Assembly: GCA_045126855.1 (NCBI GenBank)
Contig: JBGVPG010000024.1
Location: 47,467-111,466, forward strand
Reading direction: 5' to 3'
From: Eubacteriales bacterium
GTDB taxonomy: Bacteria > Bacillota > Clostridia > Oscillospirales > CAG-272
DNA length: 64,000 bases
Below, in pieces: positions 55,530 through 64,000 of the stretch; within the stretch, counting starts at the first letter, position 1; every line of letters begins with the position of its first letter. The notes under the pieces were generated by a model that had not been told where the DNA came from, searched no databases, and worked only from the letters and a program-made list of their open reading frames with translations. The position numbers and the translations under genes are program-made.

Positions 55530-58118
55530 ATGAAAAGTAAATTCACTGGATTAAGTGAGGACGAGGTCGTAAGATCATATAATCTTCACGGGGATAACTC
55601 CCTGGTTAAAGAAAAGAAAAAGGGGTTCATTAAAAGATTCTTTGAGAATTTATCCGATCCGATTATAAGAATTTTGTTTCTTGCATTGGGGCTTCAGCTG
55701 ATAGTTTCTTTGGGAAACGTAAATTATTTTGAATTAGGTGGAATTTTGGTAGCAATATTGCTATCAACAACCGTCTCGACGATCTCTGAATACAGAAGCG
55801 ACAATTCCTTTGAGAAAATGGTACGTGAGAGCAAGGATGGGCTAATATCTGTATTACGAGGCGGAAAACTAGAAAAGATCAACGCTTCAAATATAGTTGT
55901 TGGGGATCTAGTATATCTTTCCGGTGGGGACATCGTTCCTGCTGACGGAGAAATGATCGACGGAAAAATATACGTTGACCAGTCGGCTTTAAACGGGGAA
56001 AGTAGGGAAATCGTCAAATCGGTGGGAAGGGATACATCCTGGGATCTTGCTTCGATATCTAAGATTTTTCGAGGGACGGTCGTAGTAGGCGGTTCGGGTT
56101 TAATGCGCGTCATGCGAATCGGTCAATCAACCTATTACGGTATGGTTGCAAAGGACGTGCAGAGCGATACTCGAGAAAGTCCCTTAAAGCTAAGACTTGG
56201 GAAACTGGCATCTCAGATAAGCAGAATCGGTTACGTAGCATCATTAATTGTTGGGCTCTCTTATTTGTTTAACGCGATTGTAATAGATAATAAGTTTAAT
56301 GCAGATCTTATCATCAACTATTTAACCAATGCGCCTCAGTTATTTTCAACCATTTTAAAAGCGATCACTTTAATGATAACAATGGTTGTAGTTTCAGCCC
56401 CTGAAGGGTTACCAATGATGATTACCGTTGTTTTATCTGCCAATATGAAGCGTATGATAAATGATAAGATTCTTGTCAAGAAGCTTGTTGGAATAGAAAC
56501 TGCGGGATCAATGAACATTCTTTTTACCGATAAAACGGGAACTATTACCGAGGGGAGACCTACCTGCGATAGATTCATATATTCCTTTGGAAGTACAAGG
56601 AGTCTCGGTGCATTAAAAAATACAGGAGCAATATATGAAAATCTTTTGACGTGTTCAAAATATAATACAGACGTAGTTGAGGCAGGGGGAAGCATTAGCG
56701 GAGGCAATGCAACAGACCGTGCGATTTATGAATACTTCAGAGATTGCAAATTTAGGAAGGAGAAAATCAGATCAAAAAATCCATTTTCAAGCGAGCAAAA
56801 ATATTCATCGGTAATCCTTGAAAATGGAAAAACTATAATAAAAGGTGCGGCAGAAATCATTTTATCAGCTTGCAAGTATACGCTGAACAAAAGTGGAGAA
56901 AAAATTCGATTTGATAAATCATCGGTGTGGAATGAATACCTTGAAGCTGTTAATCACGGAGAGAGAGTTGTTGCCGTTGCTATATCGGATGAGATGAATT
57001 CAGAACTGTGTTTTATAGCATTGATTGCTATGAAAGATAAAATTCGCCCCGGTGTAATCGACGCGGTTAAGGCTGTTCAGCGGGCAGGAATTAGAATCGT
57101 TATGATTACAGGCGACGGTAGGGAGACAGCAAAAAGTATCGCCGAGGAATGCGGTATTTTTTCCAGAAAAACAAAATCTATCATTATTTCCGGAGAGGAA
57201 TTACGTAGGCTGGATGATCGTGATGTTAGGAATTTATTGCCCGACCTTTCAGTCGTATATCGTGCCTTGCCTCAGGATAAGACAAGACTCGTAAGATTGT
57301 CCCAAGAGCTTGATATGGTTGTTGGAATGACAGGGGACGGAATTAACGATTCTCCCTCGCTAAAGCTATCAGACGTTGGATTTGCAATGGGAAGCGGCGC
57401 CGATATTGCGAAGAGCGCTGCAGATATAGTTATACTTGATAATGGTTTTCTCGCTATATCAAAAACCATTCTGTACGGAAGAACGATTTTTAAATCGATC
57501 AGAAAGTTTATAACTTTTCAGCTTACAATGAATATTGCCGCTTGCGGTGTATCCTTGCTTGGGCAATTTTTCGGCATAGATACGCCAATCACTATCACAC
57601 AAATGTTATGGGTTAATATTATTATGGATACTCTGGGTGGTTTGGCATTTGCCGGTGAGGCGCCTCTTGATTACTATATGAGAGAGAAACCCAAAAGAAG
57701 AGATGAGCGGATTCTGTCTCGTGAAATGATAAGTCAAATTGCTATTACGGGTTTATTTACTCTTGGAATATGCATCCTATTTCTGACATCACCCGTAATT
57801 CGACTGATGTATGGCGGAATAAACCCGACGGATAAGTTCTACACCGCATTTTACGTATTGTTTATTTTTTGCGGAATATTTAATTGCTTTTCGGCAAGGT
57901 GCTCCAGGCTATGGATGATGTCAAATATTTCAAAGAACAAGGCTTTTATCATTATAATGATCCTGATTTCTGTTATACAGATATGTATGGTTTATTATGG
58001 CGGGGCAATGTTTCGGTGCGTACCGCTTTTAAGGCAGGAATTAACCTTTGCAGTATTACTTGCCTCCAGCGTGGTTCCATTTGAGATGATCAGACGTCTT
58101 GTATATAAGTTGAAGTGA
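55530..58118 (+). CDS. P-type cation-transporting ATPase, Ca2+-ATPase-like (P2 type)
   Basis: 862 aa. Contains the TM4 motif PEGLP, the phosphorylation site DKTGTIT, plus TGDG and GDGINDSPSLK. Confidence 0.85.
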   Translation: MKSKFTGLSEDEVVRSYNLHGDNSLVKEKKKGFIKRFFENLSDPIIRILFLALGLQLIVSLGNVNYFELGGILVAILLSTTVSTISEYRSDNSFEKMVRESKDGLISVLRGGKLEKINASNIVVGDLVYLSGGDIVPADGEMIDGKIYVDQSALNGESREIVKSVGRDTSWDLASISKIFRGTVVVGGSGLMRVMRIGQSTYYGMVAKDVQSDTRESPLKLRLGKLASQISRIGYVASLIVGLSYLFNAIVIDNKFNADLIINYLTNAPQLFSTILKAITLMITMVVVSAPEGLPMMITVVLSANMKRMINDKILVKKLVGIETAGSMNILFTDKTGTITEGRPTCDRFIYSFGSTRSLGALKNTGAIYENLLTCSKYNTDVVEAGGSISGGNATDRAIYEYFRDCKFRKEKIRSKNPFSSEQKYSSVILENGKTIIKGAAEIILSACKYTLNKSGEKIRFDKSSVWNEYLEAVNHGERVVAVAISDEMNSELCFIALIAMKDKIRPGVIDAVKAVQRAGIRIVMITGDGRETAKSIAEECGIFSRKTKSIIISGEELRRLDDRDVRNLLPDLSVVYRALPQDKTRLVRLSQELDMVVGMTGDGINDSPSLKLSDVGFAMGSGADIAKSAADIVILDNGFLAISKTILYGRTIFKSIRKFITFQLTMNIAACGVSLLGQFFGIDTPITITQMLWVNIIMDTLGGLAFAGEAPLDYYMREKPKRRDERILSREMISQIAITGLFTLGICILFLTSPVIRLMYGGINPTDKFYTAFYVLFIFCGIFNCFSARCSRLWMMSNISKNKAFIIIMILISVIQICMVYYGGAMFRCVPLLRQELTFAVLLASSVVPFEMIRRLVYKLK

Positions 58119-58167
58119 AAATAGCTCGGTGATTTATTCACCGAGCTAAAAAAATCGTTATAGGCTA

Positions 58168-58196
58168 TTGACAAAAGCGCCTAAAGATGCTAAAAT
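58168..58196 (+). promoter_or_regulatory. tRNA-Thr promoter (TTGACA-17-TAAAAT)
   Basis: Reads TTGACAaaagcgcctaaagatgcTAAAAT, 17 nt upstream of the tRNA. Confidence 0.6.
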
Positions 58197-58212
58197 AGAT
58201 AAGCGATTGTTC

Positions 58213-58288
58213 GCTGATATGGCTCAGTTGGTAGAGCAGTTGATTCGTAATCAACAGGTCGCGGGTTCGAGTCCCGCTATCAGCTCCA
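58213..58288 (+). tRNA. tRNA-Thr(CGU), CCA encoded
   Basis: Parse: GCTGATA-TG-GCTC-AGTTGGTA-GAGC-A-GTTGA-TTCGTAA-TCAAC-AGGTC-GCGGG-TTCGAGT-CCCGC-TATCAGC-T-CCA. Confidence 0.95.
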
Positions 58289-58294
58289 TAGCAT

Positions 58295-58319
58295 AGAGAG
58301 GCACTCGCCTCTCTTTTTT
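58295..58319 (+). terminator. tRNA-Thr terminator
   Basis: Hairpin AGAGAGGC(actc)GCCTCTCT followed by TTTTT. Confidence 0.75.
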
Positions 58320-58338
58320 ACTAAAGTGGGAGGAAAGT

Positions 58339-59199
58339 ATGGATCTTTGTAATATTTCGGTAATTAAATCTGTTATGGCTGATGCAGGAATTACATTCCA
58401 CAAGGAGTTCGGGCAGAATTTCCTTACTAACAGAATTATCCCGGAGGATATTGCTGATAATTGCGCAGATACCTCGGATAGAATGATCCTTGAGATTGGC
58501 CCGGGAATCGGTTGCCTGACTCAGGAGCTTGCAGTGAGATATAAGAAGGTTGTTGCCGTTGAGATCGACCGCGGTCTTATTCCCGTACTAAACAAGACTC
58601 TTGCCGAATATGATAATATCACCGTTATTAACGAGGATATTATGAAGGTTGATCTTGCAAAGCTTGTTGAAGAGTACTCCGAGGGGATGCCCGTATCCGT
58701 TTGTGCTAATCTTCCTTATTACATCACAACACCAATTCTTATGTATTTGTTGGAGTCGGGGGTTAAGTTTTCGACTATCACCGTAATGGTACAGAACGAG
58801 GTTGCTGCCAGGTTATCCGCCAAAGCAGGCAGCTCTGATTATGGCGCAATAACCGCAATTCTTGGATATTATGGCAGCGTAAGAAAGCTGTTTAAGGTAT
58901 CTGCAGGATGCTTTATTCCTGCCCCCAAGGTTGACAGTGCCGTTGTCCGGATTGATCTTTACGATAAATGTCCTTATGAGATCAAGGATGAGAAGCTTTT
59001 CAGAAACTGCATCAAAGCTGCGTTTGAAATGCGTCGTAAGACTCTTGAAAATGCTCTTGTAGCTAAGCTTGGCGGTTTTACGAAGGAACAGGTTGCTGAG
59101 GCTATATCTAAGGGTGGCTTTGATCCTAAGATCCGTGGAGAGAGATTATCTACTGAGGATTTTGCAATCCTTTCAAACATTCTATATGAAATGAAGTGA
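58339..59199 (+). CDS. rsmA: 16S rRNA (adenine1518/1519-N6)-dimethyltransferase
   Basis: Contains FGQNFL, EIGPGIGCLT and NLPYYITTPI. Confidence 0.95.
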   Translation: MDLCNISVIKSVMADAGITFHKEFGQNFLTNRIIPEDIADNCADTSDRMILEIGPGIGCLTQELAVRYKKVVAVEIDRGLIPVLNKTLAEYDNITVINEDIMKVDLAKLVEEYSEGMPVSVCANLPYYITTPILMYLLESGVKFSTITVMVQNEVAARLSAKAGSSDYGAITAILGYYGSVRKLFKVSAGCFIPAPKVDSAVVRIDLYDKCPYEIKDEKLFRNCIKAAFEMRRKTLENALVAKLGGFTKEQVAEAISKGGFDPKIRGERLSTEDFAILSNILYEMK

Positions 59200-59876
59200 A
59201 TATAATGAGTTTTAAACTGTTTGTTAGCGCTATATGTAAGTTTTTGCTTGGCGTGGTTCTTATTGGTGCATTGCTTTTTCTTCCCGCAGGTACTCTTAGC
59301 TTTTCTTACGGCTGGCTACTGATGGGGATATTGTTTATTCCAATGTTCGTGGCTGGTATTGTCATGATGATTAAAAATCCCAAACTCCTTTCAATTCGCC
59401 TGAACGCAAAGGAAAAGGAGGGCGAGCAGAAGACCGTAGTAAAGCTTTCCGGGCTTATGTTTATAGCAGGCTTTGTTCTTGCGGGCCTGGATTTCAGGTT
59501 TGGTTGGCTTCCTCTTCTGCCCTGGGTATCTGTTATCGGAGCAGTACTTTTTCTTGCAGCCTATGCAATTTATGCCGAGGTTTTGCGTGAGAATACATAT
59601 CTGTCTCGCACAATAGAGGTTCAAGAAGGTCAGAAGGTTATTTCCACAGGGCTTTATGGCTTAGTGCGCCATCCCATGTATTCTGCAACGCTTTTACTAT
59701 TCACATCAATGCCCATTGTACTTGGCTCGGTTATTGCCATTATTCCTTTCCTTTTCTATCCGTTAATTATTGGAAAGAGAATAATTAATGAAGAGAAGGT
59801 TCTTTCCGAGGGGCTTGAAGGATATATAGACTATAAGAAAAAGGTTAAGTATAGATTAATTCCTTTTATCTGGTAA
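59196..59876 (+). CDS. isoprenylcysteine carboxyl methyltransferase (ICMT)-family membrane methyltransferase
   Basis: Multi-TM protein with GLYGLVRHPMYSA. The GTGA start overlaps the rsmA stop, and the ATG at 59205 is an alternative. Confidence 0.65.
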   Translation: MNIMSFKLFVSAICKFLLGVVLIGALLFLPAGTLSFSYGWLLMGILFIPMFVAGIVMMIKNPKLLSIRLNAKEKEGEQKTVVKLSGLMFIAGFVLAGLDFRFGWLPLLPWVSVIGAVLFLAAYAIYAEVLRENTYLSRTIEVQEGQKVISTGLYGLVRHPMYSATLLLFTSMPIVLGSVIAIIPFLFYPLIIGKRIINEEKVLSEGLEGYIDYKKKVKYRLIPFIW

Positions 59877-59993
59877 ATACCATATAATCAAAATTTACTA
59901 CCGAAAACACCAAAATCGACAAAACCTCCTTTCCGTATACTAAAATGATAACGTAATTAGCAGGTGGAAAGGAGTTTTTTTAAGGAAAAAACA

Positions 59994-60431
59994 ATGAAAT
60001 TTAAACTGATAATTAATAGGGATGACGATGAGGAGATAATCGCCAAAGTTCATTCTGCCTCGAAGTTAACTGCCGAAATTGAAAATATTGTTTTATCGTA
60101 CATAGGGAATGATGGATTAACTGTACATGGAGATTATGAGTTAACGACGCTTAAATTCCAAGAGATAGAATGTATCACTATGATTGATCGCAAGGTTTTT
60201 GTTATCGACAATAAAGCAAATAAATACCGAAAATCAGGAACGCTTGCGGATATAGAAAAGTCTTTGCCGAATTATTTTATCCGCATTAACAAATCAACTA
60301 TCGCCAATGAACGAAGCATATCCTGCTACAAAACAACCTTCAGCGGCGGTGTTGACGCAATATTTAAATGCGGATACAAGGATTATGTATCTCGCAGATG
60401 CTTTTCAGAAATAAAAAGGAGATATAAGTGA
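59994..60431 (+). CDS. stand-alone LytTR-domain DNA-binding protein
   Basis: 145 aa with no receiver domain. The LytTR core reads F.RINKSTIAN.......K.TFSGGVDA.F..G..DYVSRR. Confidence 0.7.
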   Translation: MKFKLIINRDDDEEIIAKVHSASKLTAEIENIVLSYIGNDGLTVHGDYELTTLKFQEIECITMIDRKVFVIDNKANKYRKSGTLADIEKSLPNYFIRINKSTIANERSISCYKTTFSGGVDAIFKCGYKDYVSRRCFSEIKRRYK

Positions 60432-60862
60432 TGAAAATTATAGGGAAGTATTGGAAACATTTTTTATTAAGAGGTCTTGTGGCTATGGGATTTGGTCCGA
60501 TTGTTCTGGCAATAATTTATGCAATACTTGAATTAACTAATGTTACCGACGTTGTACCGATAAGGGAAATGACGGTTGGAATATTGACAATCACAGCACT
60601 TGCATTTCTTTGCGGTGCAGTTACACAGGTCTTCCAGATTGAGGAGCTTCCGCTTTCAAAAGCAATTACTTTTCACGGTATTATTCTCTACATCGCATAC
60701 GCCATTGTATATCTTATGAACGGATGGCTTAAAGACGGACTTGTTCCATTCATTGGCTTCACTGCGATTTTTGCTGTGATCTATGCCTTGATTTGGTTAT
60801 TCATCTACATCTTTACTAAGAGAAGTACTGATAAATTGACTAAAAAAATGCGGCAGAATTGA
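60431..60862 (+). CDS. DUF3021-like four-TM membrane protein
   Basis: 143 aa. The start overlaps the LytTR gene stop (GTGATGA). Confidence 0.6.
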   Translation: MKIIGKYWKHFLLRGLVAMGFGPIVLAIIYAILELTNVTDVVPIREMTVGILTITALAFLCGAVTQVFQIEELPLSKAITFHGIILYIAYAIVYLMNGWLKDGLVPFIGFTAIFAVIYALIWLFIYIFTKRSTDKLTKKMRQN

Positions 60863-60872
60863 TTCTGCCGCA
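60842..60872 (-). terminator. glpK terminator (hairpin shared with the convergent DUF3021 gene)
   Basis: The minus strand has GCGGCAGAAT(ca)ATTCTGCCGC followed by ATTTTTTT. Confidence 0.7.
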
Positions 60873-60880
60873 TTAATATT

Positions 60881-62410
<1,530 letters not shown>

Positions 62411-62431
62411 TTAATTTCCTTATTTCAAGTT

Positions 62432-62472
62432 AAAAAAGAAAAAAGAAGACTGCATCGCAGTCTTCTTTTTTT
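62432..62472 (-). terminator. terminator after khpA and upstream of the glpK promoter
   Basis: The minus strand has AAGAAGACTGC(gat)GCAGTCTTCTT followed by TTTT. The glpK promoter TTGAAA-17-TATAAT follows. Confidence 0.75.
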
Positions 62473-62477
62473 GCAGA

Positions 62478-62711
62478 TTACTTAATCTCGACGGTAACGT
62501 GCTTTCCGCAGGTGTTAGCCGCAGCCTTCATAATCTGGCGAATGGCCTTAGCAATTCTTCCGTGACGGCCGATAACCATACCGGTATCGTCCTCTGCAAC
62601 GGTGAGTACGAGTTCAATATCGTCTCCGTTAACAGTCTCCTCAACAACAACTGCGTCGGGAGTGTCTACAATCGCACGGGCAATGTCGGTAAGTATTTTC
62701 TTGAAATCCAT
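62478..62711 (-). CDS. khpA: KH-domain RNA-binding protein KhpA (YlqC)
   Basis: 77 aa from MDFKKIL, with GMVIGRHGRIAKAIR. Conserved ffh-rpsP-khpA order. The ORF is open to the TTG at 62732. Confidence 0.8.
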   Translation of the reverse strand: MDFKKILTDIARAIVDTPDAVVVEETVNGDDIELVLTVAEDDTGMVIGRHGRIAKAIRQIMKAAANTCGKHVTVEIK

Positions 62712-62735
62712 TTCGGTTACCCGTTTATTCAAGAA

Positions 62736-62981
62736 TTACTTGATGATCTCGCTCTTCTTAAGAAGAGATCTAACAGTGTCAGTGGGCTGAGCGCCGTTGT
62801 TGAGCCACTTGGTAGCCTTGTCAGCGTCGATCTTTACGGTTGCGGGATTGGTCATGGGATCATAGTAACCGATCTCCTCGATAGGAGCACCGTCACGACG
62901 GGTTCTCTCGTCTGCAACTACGATTCTGTAGAAGGGGTTCTTCTTCTTACCCATTCTGGTAAGTCTGATTTTTACTGCCAT
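62736..62981 (-). CDS. rpsP: 30S ribosomal protein S16
   Basis: Contains [28 protein letters not shown]. The ATG is at 62981. Confidence 0.95.
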   Translation of the reverse strand: MAVKIRLTRMGKKKNPFYRIVVADERTRRDGAPIEEIGYYDPMTNPATVKIDADKATKWLNNGAQPTDTVRSLLKKSEIIK

Positions 62982-63036
62982 TGTTTTTTCCTCCAAAAAT
63001 TGAATAAATTTATTTTTTGTTTTTGTTTTTGTTTTT

Positions 63037-64000
63037 TTAGAAGCTCATTCTTCGGCCGAGCATTTTTTTCATACCCTTGCCGGAGAGCTGTTTCATCATT
63101 TTTTTCATTTGATCAAACTGCTTGAGCAGTCTGTTTACGTCCTCAACTCCGAGGCCGCATCCCTTGGCAATTCTCTTACGGCGAGATCCGTTGATGATCT
63201 CGGGCTTGAGCCTTTCCTCAGGAGTCATAGAGAGGATTATTGCCTCGATTCTTGCCATCTGCTTTTCATCAACCTGAGCGTTTTTAAGCGCACCTGCGTT
63301 AACTCCGGGCATCATTCCAAGGATCTGATCGAGGTTACCCATCTTTTTGAGCTGACGCATCTGATCGAGGAAATCCTCGAGAGAGAAGGTCTGCTCACGC
63401 ATTTTCTTTTCAAGCTCTCTTGCATTTTTCTCATCATATGCAGCCTCTGCTTTTTCAATAAGCGAGAGAATATCACCCATGCCAAGAATACGAGATGCCA
63501 TTCTGTCGGGGTGGAAGAGCTCGATGGCGTCCATTTTTTCACCCATACCGATAAATTTAATGGGCTTTCCTGTGATATACTTGACCGAGAGAGCTGCACC
63601 GCCTCGTGTGTCGCCGTCCATTTTTGTGAGAACAACGCCTGTGATGTCGAGAAGCTCGTTAAAGGTCTTTGCCACGTTGACCGCATCCTGACCCGTCATT
63701 GCGTCGACGGTAAGGAGGATCTCCGAGGGATTTACAGTAGATTTGATTTTGACAAGCTCCTCCATGAGAGCCTCGTCGATGTGAAGTCGACCTGCGGTAT
63801 CAATGATAACCATGTCATGGCCGTTCTTCTTAGCGTGCTCAACGCCCGCCCTAGCAATTTCAACAGGGGAAATCTTGCTGCCGAGAGAGAAGACGGGAAC
63901 CTTTACGGATTCACCGACGATCTTAAGCTGATCAATAGCGGCAGGTCTGTATACGTCACATGCAACTAAAAGAGGATTTTTGCTTTTCTGCTTATACATG
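63037..64000 (-). CDS. ffh: signal recognition particle protein Ffh (3' part; the N-terminus lies beyond the window end)
   Basis: Contains the G-domain DTAGRL and TK.DGD.RGGAALS, plus a Met-rich M domain ending in [11 protein letters not shown]. Confidence 0.95.
   Translation of the reverse strand, partial: MYKQKSKNPLLVACDVYRPAAIDQLKIVGESVKVPVFSLGSKISPVEIARAGVEHAKKNGHDMVIIDTAGRLHIDEALMEELVKIKSTVNPSEILLTVDAMTGQDAVNVAKTFNELLDITGVVLTKMDGDTRGGAALSVKYITGKPIKFIGMGEKMDAIELFHPDRMASRILGMGDILSLIEKAEAAYDEKNARELEKKMREQTFSLEDFLDQMRQLKKMGNLDQILGMMPGVNAGALKNAQVDEKQMARIEAIILSMTPEERLKPEIINGSRRKRIAKGCGLGVEDVNRLLKQFDQMKKMMKQLSGKGMKKMLGRRMSF

Noticed and set aside
58122-58150. Hairpin AGCTCGGTGA(tttat)TCACCGAGCT after the ATPase gene as its terminator.
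   Set aside because: The stem is good, but it is followed by an A run rather than a T run on the coding strand. It may still pause or terminate transcription, but I could not support it as a canonical intrinsic terminator.
62997-63036. A T/A-rich spacer with (tttttg)x3 between ffh and rpsP.
   Set aside because: It is a short, low-complexity intercistronic spacer within a conserved operon, and no structure or function is evident.

Overview
This window looks like core chromosome from a spore-forming Firmicute, probably a Clostridia-type anaerobe. Supporting genes are spo0A, a SigK-like sigma factor, yqfC/yqfD and a YlbJ-like protein, plus a Bacillus-type large SRP RNA directly upstream of dnaX-ybaB-recR. 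About 63 CDS are supported and nearly all are housekeeping. They include ribosomal proteins (S6/SSB/S18, S20, L19, S16), ispE, hslO, a PPi-type PFK, ppa, pckG, the phoH-ybeY-era-recO-mutS2 block, lepA-hemW, rsmA, glpK and ffh (partial). There is also a 10-gene operon for a trimeric (HydABC-type) [FeFe]-hydrogenase. RNA genes are tRNA-Leu(CAA), tRNA-Thr(CGU), the SRP RNA and a tRNA-Ser(CGA)-like locus. I found no transposase, integrase, CRISPR array or recognisable defence island, so I cannot point to a clear novel multi-gene system. The items most worth a second look are listed here. (1) An unclassified, GC-rich, highly structured leader of about 220 nt with terminator/antiterminator logic upstream of a Ca-type P-type ATPase. 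(2) A tandem tRNA-Ser-like locus: one full copy with a broken T arm, and a promoter-driven chimera carrying a perfect 40-nt 5' half. (3) A five-gene sensor/kinase/phosphatase-like cassette embedded in the hydrogenase operon. (4) A Cys-to-Ser change at the canonical H-cluster ligand position of HydA. (5) A translationally coupled FkbM methyltransferase and U32 enzyme pair. (6) A solitary mazF. (7) An att-like duplication of the tRNA-Leu 3' end. All functional calls come from reading motifs by eye. No database search was run.
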